From Methanobacteriota archaeon (lineage in GTDB: Archaea; Thermoplasmatota; Poseidoniia; Poseidoniales; Poseidoniaceae), in contig JABGTJ010000112.1 in NCBI GenBank assembly GCA_018691345.1, forward strand, positions 242 to 64,241: DNA of 64,000 nucleotides, in the 5' to 3' direction. The notes beneath the pieces were generated by a model that saw only the letters and a list, made by a program, of their open reading frames with translations, made no database searches and was not told the origin of the DNA. Positions 28,710-37,738 of the stretch are shown here, one piece after another; the stretch's first letter is position 1, and each line of letters begins with the position of its first letter. The position numbers were made by a program, and so were the translations under genes.

Positions 28710-31700
28710 ATGTCGGCAGGGTATCGTTCAAAATTGCTCTGTTTTCTCATATTGTTTTTGATGTTAACCGGCCCACTGAGTACGTTCCTTGAATCGACTG
28801 CGACTGAATCGGACGCAGGTGAACTTGGAGACGCCAAACCTTCCTTGGCATCAGGTGGAGATGCTTCATCTCAGTTGTATTTAGACGGTTTAGGTGTTTA
28901 CACAGACGATTTTACACTTGATGTTCCTTCGTCCCAGCCTGTATCGAATGTTCACTTATCCATGTCTCCCGGAATTGAGCCTTCATCGAACGGCTTGACA
29001 TGGAGTGGTCCATCGGCGTGGGGCCACAGTGATGCTGTCAGCGATGGTGCAACGGTTGATGCAGACGGCTTTTTGACCGGTTCCCGTGCAGGTACTGTTT
29101 GGGATTTCAATACCGGTTTGCAGGGATGGACGGTATCCAGTCCTTCATACGTGAGCCGTTACACAATCGCATGCGGTGTCAACGGCACTTCAGGTGGTTC
29201 AATCAAAACGCAAGCACCCGGTGCATCGTCTTCTGAACACGCAACCTCTCCAGCCATTAATTTGGCTGGTGCAAACGCCGTACCTATTCACATCTGGGTT
29301 CGCCAAGGCAGTTCCAGTTGCGGAGAAGAACCTGACAACAATGAAGACCTTCAACTTCGATACAAGACCGTTTCTGGGTCGTGGAATACGCTTCATACAT
29401 GGCTTGGAAGCACCTACAATCAACCGCCACAGCAGTGGACTGGGATGTTACCTGCGGCAGCATTGCATTCAAGCACTCAGATACGCATGTTGCAGACGGG
29501 TGGAACCGGTTCGACGTACGACTATTGGTTCTTCGATGATGTTCGAATCGCTTCTCCACCAGTTTCGAACTGGACCAGCCCGAGCCTGGGTTGGTCTTCC
29601 TCTTCTTCTTTCCAGGTCGCCCAAACGACCTATGCTCCAATGAATATTGACGCTTATCTGCCTACAGGTGCATCCCTCAATTGGAGCGTTCTGGATGCGA
29701 CCGGTTCGGATATTTCTGGATTCAAAGGCTCGAACAGTGATACAATTCCACTCCATCTTCTCGATGAATCGGTTTACGATTCGATACGTATCCGCCTCTC
29801 CCTCTCGGCAGGTTCGAACGGAATCCTCCCGATTGTCTATTCGTTGACCGGTGACGGAACAATGTCGACAAGGTATTCCGATTGGCAAAACCTCGGGAAT
29901 TCGGAGTCGATGTGCGGTACAAACGGCCAATTCACCGCTTATGGCTCGGCAACATTAGTTGACGTACTTGATGACGGGTGGGCTTACATTGCTTCGTCAT
30001 CGGCCGCAACAACCAGTCCATATGGTGCCGGTTTAAGCGTTCAGACCAACCCTTCGCCTTACATTTTGGATGAAGTTGACTTGATTTCTAGCATCACTTC
30101 TGTCGGTTCACTCTACACCAGTTCCAGCAACGGCAGAGCGACCAGCGGAGGTAACGGGACTGGCCTTACCGTAGCCACGGTAGCCACTCCAATCACTTCC
30201 GGAATCATAAGCGGTTCGAACCTTTATCTGGGCGGCACAGGATACACTTCACAAACCATCTCACCAAACGGCGGAAGTGGTTCGGGTCTACAGATTCAAA
30301 CGACAGCTACGCCAATTACTGGTTCTGGCGCTGCATCTCTCTATTCCTCGTTGAACGGTGGTTCAGGATACACTTCATCGAATAACGTCGCATTAAGCGG
30401 TGGCAACGGCACAGGCTTGAAAATCGACTATATCGCCAGTACGATCACCAGTGGGATTCCAACCAGTTATTCACTTCTTAACGGCGGAACGAACTATTCG
30501 ACCACGAGTTTTGCATTCACCAGCGGTGGTTCTGGCTCAGGATTGCGCGTAAGTATTGATTCCGTTTCCGGCGGTTCAGTCACCTCTATCACAATCATTA
30601 GCGGTGGTTCGGGTTACGGTTCTAATGACAAACTCTACATCTCAGGAGGCGACGCAGACGCCTACTTTTACACGACTGGAATCACTCAATCCGGTGGCGG
30701 GATCACATCGATTTCATTCAGCACACCAGGCCTGAATTACAACGTTGGTGATACCTTCAATATTCCAGGAGGGGACAGCAACGCAAATTTCACCGTCCTT
30801 GATACAAACCGCCAAGGTGGCTCAATCACTGGATACACCGTCCTCAATAACGGGTCGGGGTATGCTGTGAACGATCTCATCACTCTCTCAGGTGGAGACT
30901 TTAACGCCCGCCTTGAAGTCGATTCAGTCTACTCAATTGGGGGTAACTTGACCTCTGTATCGCTTATCGGTCGTGGTTCGGGATATTCTGTAGGCGACGA
31001 AATTACTGTGTCCGGAGGAACCGGTGGAATATTTACAGTTTCAGCCGTACGGAATTGGGGTGGCCAACTCCTCGCTCCTCTTGTCCAAAACGGTGGGCAA
31101 TTCTATTCCACCGGAGACGAGGTGACGGTGATTGGTGGAGCACAAAACGCGACCGTTATGGTGGCTGAAATCGATATTGACGGTTATCGCGGTGATTCGA
31201 CTTGCTCAGTGACTATGGATTCTCGCCAGTTGGTTGCACCAGCATCACGAGTAACCGGTAGCGTCACGGGTACCAATGTTGAACTGCAGATGTGGGACGC
31301 TGTTAATGCATCATGGATGATTGTGCCAAACAGAGGTGCTTTCGATTATTCTTCAACGACACCGCTCTACGAACTTCAGTTCCGGTTGGTTCCTTTGAAT
31401 ACAGCACTTGGATATTGGACGGTTGAGTCGTTTGACACCTCTGTTCACTACGGTGAAGTTGCTAGCAATCCACGCATTGACTTCAACGATGATGAAGACT
31501 TTGAATGGGGTGCTGATTTCTCAAGCATCGGCACATGGGGATGGCAAGATGTATTCTCCAACGGTAACAAGAGTATTTTGGAATCTGTAGCCTCGTCGGG
31601 TTATGCAACAACGACTCTTCTCATCCCTCAAGCGGATTTACATTCGTTCTCCTTCGGTGCTTTGACCGATGAATCGTCCATTACGGGCTACACACTTCTC

Positions 31701-34700
31701 TACCAATCACAGATACTCGCATCTGAAACGTTCGATGAGACTTCGCTCTTGCATGTTGAATTGAATCAATCGGTCCGTGACAACATCGAACAATCGGTCG
31801 CTGGCCAAGGTGGTTTGAACCATTTGGGCACTCTGTTCGTAGAGGTTGAACTCGAAGTGGATGCTTCATCATCCGTCGAGTTTGGCGGCCTCTTGGTGAC
31901 GTATGGAGCCCAAGCATCACAAACTTTCACTGCTGATTCGTCCTTTGTTCTCAATCTCAACGATGCTCGCAGGATGCTGCCTCTGGTCGGTGGAATGCAT
32001 GAGATTCCGTTACCATTGACTGCAACTCAAAAGGGAGGGCTTACCGTTGAACTTCTCGGTCTCAATTCCTCATCGACTGTGGTTTTGAACAGCGCAACGA
32101 TTGACCCAGAGGCCGATATTCTCACACCGAGCCAGCGTTGGAGAACCATCAGTATGTCGTATTCGGTCATCGGCGTTGCTCCGAGTTCCATCCGTCTTGA
32201 TGTGCTTGATGAAGACCAGCATGCAACTTGGACTGTTCCTGTCTCGGGAGCTACACCGTTTGGAATCGGCGATTCAGAACTTATTGCCCTGCATCCGACC
32301 GATGCAATATCTTTCAATCAATCTGGCTCAAGCGTTCTTGTCGATTTGAAATTCCGTATCTTGCCGGCATGGGACGATACGGATACAATGAAAATCACTA
32401 CACGATTGCAACTTTCGAATACCGTATACTCCATGCCAAGCACCTTTACCTACGGCAATTTTGGCAACCAAGCCTATGAAAATGATTTGACACTGAATCG
32501 TATGACCTTCACGAACGTTGACGAGAATTCCGTTTTGGATTCTTCAAACTATTATCTCCTCCCGTATACAAAATTGAACATATCAGCCTTTGTCGGTTTT
32601 GAAAACGTCAGTACAATTGATGCTTTCATGGATGGCGAAGGTCTACTTTCGTTGTACAGAGGCGACGTCTTGGTCGCCAATACCACTGCTCTGGACGATA
32701 ACGTTTGGAACTACATGGATACCGTTCCGTTTACCTATGGTCCACTCACATGGCGTTTAGAACTCACTTCAGAGAACGGCTCAGTTCATCCGGATTTCGC
32801 TGTACTCGAGCGAACATTCCACATCGATACCATCACTCCACGGGTACTGGAAGTAAACATGGACCGCTACGACCACCGTATGCCGTCAACCACCCAAACG
32901 GTTCAAATCCAAATTTCAGACCAACCAATCCTTCCAAGCAACGTTCAAGCCATGGTTTGGAGAGAATGGTTTGACGATGCCAATTCAAACCAGTGGCCAG
33001 ATGAAGGTGAATATCAACCCATGTCGCTGTTCACACCGAACGATTTGAGTCCACTTATCGGTCAATACACCTTCATGATGGACGATACCGGTGGTAGCCT
33101 GGGGCAGAAAGTTTCTGTTTACTTAATCGGTGCTGACGATGCAGGACATCCTTTGGAATTCGGAGGTTCGGACATGACTGATGAACATCTCTTCATGTAT
33201 CAACTGGCTGTTGATGGCCCTCCAAGCGTGGCTTCGAATGCCTTCACCTATGTTGACGGAAAGAACCCTTGGCTTCACCCTCAAATGCCTTACACCTTTG
33301 ATGTACAACTCACTGAGCCAAACGGTGGCTCGGACCTTACGACGGTAATCGTGGAACTTGCTTCCAATCAAGGAAGTGACCCATTGCCGATTCGTTGGGA
33401 TTTTGCTACCGGCAATTGCACGACAACCAGTCCCCATGTTTTGATTGATGACTGCCAAATGCTTGGCACCGATGGACCTGCTGACCCTTACGAAACAGAT
33501 TTGACGCTCAATGTAGATTTCAAGCTGGCATGGACAACACCAGATTTAGGTGAAACTCGAAGAGAGCCTGGGATTCATGTGATTGATCGAGCAGGACAGG
33601 AAGTGTTCCGTGCATTCCCTGAACACCGATGGCGATTCTCAGCCGCTCTTGAGGTGCCTGAAGAAAGCGTATCGATTATCCTTTCACAGGGTGCATTGCT
33701 CGACGATGGCGCAAGATTAGCACCGAGTAGCCCATTTGAAATTGCTGGCGGCGTAGTCTTTTCAGAGACTGGAACAGTTCCAGATTTCGATTGCGAAATT
33801 GACCTTCTGTTTTCCGGTTCTTCAACGACTGCAAGTTCACTTGATGGAATTTGGTCTGTAGCTTTACAAGCCCCTTCAACAACCCAAACCATTCCTTTGA
33901 CGTGGAGCGTTGGATGCCTGGAAGGGCAGGGTGTTGATGCCACTGACCAAGTGAATGCTGTGCGGTGGATTATCGTTGATGGTACAGGTCCAGAGCCAGT
34001 AGAAGTTTCTAATCCACGTCCATTCTCGGTTCTCGAGCCAGAATCACACGAAGTTAAGATTTTGATTTCAGAAGCCGGAGGTTTGGATGTCGAATCTCTT
34101 GAACTCGTTTGGTGGGTCGAAGAGAAAGCAACCGGTGACCGACTGCGAAATGGAATTGAACCACTGAATTTGCTTGGCACAGATATCTCAGGGCTAAGGT
34201 TGGAAGTCGTCGGTTCTTTTGACTTGAGTGGAGTCACGGATAACATGCTTGAAAACCGTCTTTCAGCACATATTTACGTCGCAGGTCGCGACCTTGCAGG
34301 AAACGAAGTTCTCGGTCTAGGCGCAACGGAACCCGGTTCTCCGGTTGGGGTTTGGGATATGATTTGGCTTAAGCCTGAATTTGAATTGCAGAGTACTTCC
34401 ACCACCTATTCTCGATACTTGATTGAACTTGGACAAACTTCTATTGTTACAGCCTACGTCGAAAACACAGGTACGCTGGATGGTTCTGTTGAAGTGATTT
34501 TCACTGAAGTTCTTGCAGACGGTACCCGTTCAAATCTACAAAGAATCACCGTTGATGTACCTCAAGGTGGTATTGTTCCTGTAGCAACCGACTGGAACCC
34601 GTCGCAAACTGGCTTGCAATGGGTCGAAGTTCAGATAGAAGGAGAATCCACTTCCATGGGCCCATCGATTGATGTTCGACCTCAGCGCGAAGTATCGTTC

Positions 34701-35090
34701 ACGGAGCAAGTCTTTGGCGATGTTCATCCGCTTTTGGGAAGTTTAGCGGCACTGCTGTTCGTTTCCATCATCGCAACAGGTCTCCTCTGGGCGCGTCGCA
34801 AGACCCTCAACCGGGGTTCCAAGTCTGAATACGACTGGGACGAATACTCCTCTGAACTCGAATACGAAGACGAAGACGAAGATGAAGTCGAAGTTGACGT
34901 GGACACCCTCGCTGAATCAACGGCCGTAACTGCAGCAGCAACCGCCGCAGTGAACCAAGACACACCTTCTTCAAACACCGTGGAAACAGATTGGATAATG
35001 GGCTCTGATGGTTACTGGTGGTACCATGACAAGGAAGCCAACGAATGGTGGTACAAGAACGCTGAAGGCGAGATTGTTCGACACAAGTAA
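28710..35090 (+). CDS. Giant (about 2,120 aa) membrane-anchored surface protein with a reelin/MAM-like domain, Gly-rich nested repeats, a CARDB-like domain and a C-terminal TM
   Basis: Signal peptide LLCFLILFLMLTG; jelly-roll-like segment ending TQIRMLQ...DYWFFDDVRI; GGSGY repeats; AYVENTG CARDB-like motif; TM LAALLFVSIIATGLLW + RRK, acidic tail and Trp-rich end. Confidence 0.88.
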   Translation: MSAGYRSKLLCFLILFLMLTGPLSTFLESTATESDAGELGDAKPSLASGGDASSQLYLDGLGVYTDDFTLDVPSSQPVSNVHLSMSPGIEPSSNGLTWSGPSAWGHSDAVSDGATVDADGFLTGSRAGTVWDFNTGLQGWTVSSPSYVSRYTIACGVNGTSGGSIKTQAPGASSSEHATSPAINLAGANAVPIHIWVRQGSSSCGEEPDNNEDLQLRYKTVSGSWNTLHTWLGSTYNQPPQQWTGMLPAAALHSSTQIRMLQTGGTGSTYDYWFFDDVRIASPPVSNWTSPSLGWSSSSSFQVAQTTYAPMNIDAYLPTGASLNWSVLDATGSDISGFKGSNSDTIPLHLLDESVYDSIRIRLSLSAGSNGILPIVYSLTGDGTMSTRYSDWQNLGNSESMCGTNGQFTAYGSATLVDVLDDGWAYIASSSAATTSPYGAGLSVQTNPSPYILDEVDLISSITSVGSLYTSSSNGRATSGGNGTGLTVATVATPITSGIISGSNLYLGGTGYTSQTISPNGGSGSGLQIQTTATPITGSGAASLYSSLNGGSGYTSSNNVALSGGNGTGLKIDYIASTITSGIPTSYSLLNGGTNYSTTSFAFTSGGSGSGLRVSIDSVSGGSVTSITIISGGSGYGSNDKLYISGGDADAYFYTTGITQSGGGITSISFSTPGLNYNVGDTFNIPGGDSNANFTVLDTNRQGGSITGYTVLNNGSGYAVNDLITLSGGDFNARLEVDSVYSIGGNLTSVSLIGRGSGYSVGDEITVSGGTGGIFTVSAVRNWGGQLLAPLVQNGGQFYSTGDEVTVIGGAQNATVMVAEIDIDGYRGDSTCSVTMDSRQLVAPASRVTGSVTGTNVELQMWDAVNASWMIVPNRGAFDYSSTTPLYELQFRLVPLNTALGYWTVESFDTSVHYGEVASNPRIDFNDDEDFEWGADFSSIGTWGWQDVFSNGNKSILESVASSGYATTTLLIPQADLHSFSFGALTDESSITGYTLLYQSQILASETFDETSLLHVELNQSVRDNIEQSVAGQGGLNHLGTLFVEVELEVDASSSVEFGGLLVTYGAQASQTFTADSSFVLNLNDARRMLPLVGGMHEIPLPLTATQKGGLTVELLGLNSSSTVVLNSATIDPEADILTPSQRWRTISMSYSVIGVAPSSIRLDVLDEDQHATWTVPVSGATPFGIGDSELIALHPTDAISFNQSGSSVLVDLKFRILPAWDDTDTMKITTRLQLSNTVYSMPSTFTYGNFGNQAYENDLTLNRMTFTNVDENSVLDSSNYYLLPYTKLNISAFVGFENVSTIDAFMDGEGLLSLYRGDVLVANTTALDDNVWNYMDTVPFTYGPLTWRLELTSENGSVHPDFAVLERTFHIDTITPRVLEVNMDRYDHRMPSTTQTVQIQISDQPILPSNVQAMVWREWFDDANSNQWPDEGEYQPMSLFTPNDLSPLIGQYTFMMDDTGGSLGQKVSVYLIGADDAGHPLEFGGSDMTDEHLFMYQLAVDGPPSVASNAFTYVDGKNPWLHPQMPYTFDVQLTEPNGGSDLTTVIVELASNQGSDPLPIRWDFATGNCTTTSPHVLIDDCQMLGTDGPADPYETDLTLNVDFKLAWTTPDLGETRREPGIHVIDRAGQEVFRAFPEHRWRFSAALEVPEESVSIILSQGALLDDGARLAPSSPFEIAGGVVFSETGTVPDFDCEIDLLFSGSSTTASSLDGIWSVALQAPSTTQTIPLTWSVGCLEGQGVDATDQVNAVRWIIVDGTGPEPVEVSNPRPFSVLEPESHEVKILISEAGGLDVESLELVWWVEEKATGDRLRNGIEPLNLLGTDISGLRLEVVGSFDLSGVTDNMLENRLSAHIYVAGRDLAGNEVLGLGATEPGSPVGVWDMIWLKPEFELQSTSTTYSRYLIELGQTSIVTAYVENTGTLDGSVEVIFTEVLADGTRSNLQRITVDVPQGGIVPVATDWNPSQTGLQWVEVQIEGESTSMGPSIDVRPQREVSFTEQVFGDVHPLLGSLAALLFVSIIATGLLWARRKTLNRGSKSEYDWDEYSSELEYEDEDEDEVEVDVDTLAESTAVTAAATAAVNQDTPSSNTVETDWIMGSDGYWWYHDKEANEWWYKNAEGEIVRHK

Positions 35091-35106
35091 CGACCGTGGT
35101 GATACG

Positions 35107-36873
35107 ATGAGTCGATGGATTGGTCTTTTGCAAGTTGACCCTACGGTTGGTGATTTGGCAGGGAATGCCATTCGACTTGAACACCTTGCTGCTCTTGCAT
35201 CCAAACACGGTGCCAATGTTGCCGTTACGACCGAACTCGCCATATCCGGATACCCTCCACGGGATTTGTTGCTTCAAGACGAGTTCGTTTCACTGGCACA
35301 AAAAACAGCAAGTTCACTCAGCGTTGACATTCCAGTTCTGGTTGGCACCCCAATTCTTCCGCAAGCGAAGCGTCAACTTCCCGCAAACGGAGTTGTTCGT
35401 GCAGGCTCATCGGGTGCGAATCCGAGCGGTGAAGATAATTCGCATGTTGTAGCGCGCAAGCAGCTTCTACCAACCTATGATGTGTTTGATGAGGCTCGAT
35501 ACTTTCAACCCGATAATCGCTCCGGCATTGCTCGAACAATAGCCGGTCTCAACCTTGGTGTTACGGTTTGTGAAGACGCATGGCAATCCGCTGGGTTGAC
35601 GCCATCGACGTATTCTGCGGACCCCATCGAACATTTGGCTGAATGGGGACGCCAAGGTGTCATTCTGGACGCAACGGTTAACCTGTCTGCTTCTCCATAC
35701 CACGCAGATAAATTGAGCGCTCGTATCCACGTATGCCGGACGGCAGCAACGATTCTCGGTCATCCTTTCTTGTTGGCAAATCAAGTTGGAGGTAACGATG
35801 ATTTGTTGTTCGATGGCAACTCACTTGTTGCTTGGCCTGATGGCCGAGTCGTTGTCGCTCCAGCATGGCAGGAAGGGGTTTTGATGGTTGATATCGACAA
35901 CGCTGAACATTGCCACTGGGTTCCATCTGAATCACCTGATGCACTGAACATTGGCTCTGACGCATTACGCCATCTTACACCAGAAGACAACGGTCACGAA
36001 TACGACAAAGAATTACTTGAAGATGTTACGGATGCAGTGGTGACCGGTCTTTCAGATTATTGCCGGAAGTCCGGAATTAATTCAATCGTACTCGGGCTCT
36101 CAGGTGGAATTGACTCTGCTGTGGCAGCATGCGTTGCTGCTGCCGCAGTTGGCCCGGAGAACGTGACTGGCCTAGCAATGCCAAGCCGCCATTCATCTCA
36201 GCATTCCATTGATGATGCTCGACACACTGCTGAATCACTCGGCCTCGTGTTCGACACCATTGAAATCGATACATTCCATGCTTCGGTTGAAGCCTCGATC
36301 GGAGATATGCTTCGGGATGGACATCCAGTAGCCTCAGAAAACCTCCAGGCTCGTTTGCGAGGATTGGTTGTCATGGCTCACGCCAATGCTCAAGGTCGTA
36401 TGGCCATTGCAACCGGTAATAAATCGGAAATCGCCCAAGGCTATTGCACACTGTATGGTGACATGGCAGGTGGTTATGCGCCTCTTGGTGACTTGTATAA
36501 GATGCAAGTCTACGGCCTTGCGGATGTGTTTAACGCTCGTGCAGAGCAAGCGGGCAAAGCCCCTCCAGTCAATGCATCGACCCGTACTAAACCTCCATCT
36601 GCAGAATTAGCCCCAGATCAAAAAGATGAGGATTCCTTGCCTCCTTACCCGACTCTTGATGCGATTCTACACTGCCATATTGAAGGTGGATTGGATGCGG
36701 AAGCCATCGCTAACAAAGGCTTTGACCGAGCCATGGTTGTGGAAGTACTTTCTCGATTAGAACGCAGTGAACACAAACGATGGCAGATGTCACCCGCTCC
36801 TCGCGTGTCGAACCGTGCGTTCGGCCAAGGATGGCGCCGCCCTCTTGCTTCTCGTCACGATTGGCGATACTGA
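35107..36873 (+). CDS. nadE: Glutamine-dependent NAD+ synthetase
   Basis: Nitrilase domain with E-K-C triad (TELAISGYPP, KQLLPTYDVFDE, VCED) plus synthetase motifs GLSGGIDS, ENLQARLR, TGNKSE, PPSAEL. Confidence 0.96.
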   Translation: MSRWIGLLQVDPTVGDLAGNAIRLEHLAALASKHGANVAVTTELAISGYPPRDLLLQDEFVSLAQKTASSLSVDIPVLVGTPILPQAKRQLPANGVVRAGSSGANPSGEDNSHVVARKQLLPTYDVFDEARYFQPDNRSGIARTIAGLNLGVTVCEDAWQSAGLTPSTYSADPIEHLAEWGRQGVILDATVNLSASPYHADKLSARIHVCRTAATILGHPFLLANQVGGNDDLLFDGNSLVAWPDGRVVVAPAWQEGVLMVDIDNAEHCHWVPSESPDALNIGSDALRHLTPEDNGHEYDKELLEDVTDAVVTGLSDYCRKSGINSIVLGLSGGIDSAVAACVAAAAVGPENVTGLAMPSRHSSQHSIDDARHTAESLGLVFDTIEIDTFHASVEASIGDMLRDGHPVASENLQARLRGLVVMAHANAQGRMAIATGNKSEIAQGYCTLYGDMAGGYAPLGDLYKMQVYGLADVFNARAEQAGKAPPVNASTRTKPPSAELAPDQKDEDSLPPYPTLDAILHCHIEGGLDAEAIANKGFDRAMVVEVLSRLERSEHKRWQMSPAPRVSNRAFGQGWRRPLASRHDWRY

Positions 36874-36913
36874 GTTCGGAATGAATCAAAAGGCCGAGGC
36901 AGGTCGTTTCACC

Positions 36914-37738
36914 ATGGCGGAACAGATTTCCAACATTGCGGGATACCGTTTTGTCGACCTGCCCGACCGAGATGACCTCAGGGAGCCTTTCCTTTCACTT
37001 TGTCAAAACGTAGGTTTGCGAGGTACAGTATTACTTTCGCACGAGGGAATCAATTTCTTCCTTGCCGGTCCACAGGACGGTATTGACAAATACCTCGAAT
37101 TCCTTCAGCAAGATTCACGGTTTGCTGATATGGCACTCAAGTACTCGTACACTGAATACCAACCGTTCAACAGGATGAACGTTCGACTCAAAAAAGAAAT
37201 TATTTCGTTGGGCATGGACAACGTCAAACCTGCCGAACGAACAGGCGACGAGATTACCCCCACAGAGTTCAAACAATGGCTTGATGAAGGACGTGAAGTG
37301 GCTATCATCGACACTCGGAACGATTACGAAATTCGTTTAGGAACTTTTCAAAATGCAGTGGATTTGAACATTAAATCGTTCAGAGCGTTTCCTGAAGCGG
37401 TTGAGAAGTTACCAGAGGATATGAAAGACACACCAGTGGTGATGTTCTGTACCGGAGGCATCCGTTGTGAGAAGGCAAGTGTGGTGATGATGGATGCAGG
37501 CTTTTCGAACGTAAAACAACTCAAAGGTGGGATTCTTGGGTACTTCGAAGAGGTTGGTGGTGAGTATTGGGATGGCGATTGTTTCGTTTTTGACCATCGA
37601 GTGGCTCTGAGACCAGACTTGGAACAAAGCGACGTCGTCCAATGTTTTGCTTGTCGACAACCGTTAACGGCTGAAGAGCAAGGTTCTCCCGACTACGTTG
37701 TCGAAGAATCGTGCCCGCACTGCATCCATTTGCGTTGA
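36914..37738 (+). CDS. trhO: Rhodanese-domain protein, TrhO/YceA family (oxygen-dependent tRNA U34 hydroxylase-like)
   Basis: GTVLLSHEGIN, VRLKKEII, DTRNDYE, FCTGGIRCEK, LKGGILGY, CFVFDHR, C-terminal CxxC...CPHC. Confidence 0.85.
   Translation: MAEQISNIAGYRFVDLPDRDDLREPFLSLCQNVGLRGTVLLSHEGINFFLAGPQDGIDKYLEFLQQDSRFADMALKYSYTEYQPFNRMNVRLKKEIISLGMDNVKPAERTGDEITPTEFKQWLDEGREVAIIDTRNDYEIRLGTFQNAVDLNIKSFRAFPEAVEKLPEDMKDTPVVMFCTGGIRCEKASVVMMDAGFSNVKQLKGGILGYFEEVGGEYWDGDCFVFDHRVALRPDLEQSDVVQCFACRQPLTAEEQGSPDYVVEESCPHCIHLR

Noticed and set aside
29913..31205. Phage-like Gly-rich repeats as evidence of a provirus
   Set aside because: They lie inside a signal-peptide- and TM-bearing cellular protein between ileS and nadE; no integrase, capsid, terminase or att sites were seen.
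33575..34246. 223-aa minus-strand ORF and the many similar Ser/Thr-rich short ORFs
   Set aside because: Antisense or alternative-frame shadows of long genes, with no motifs.
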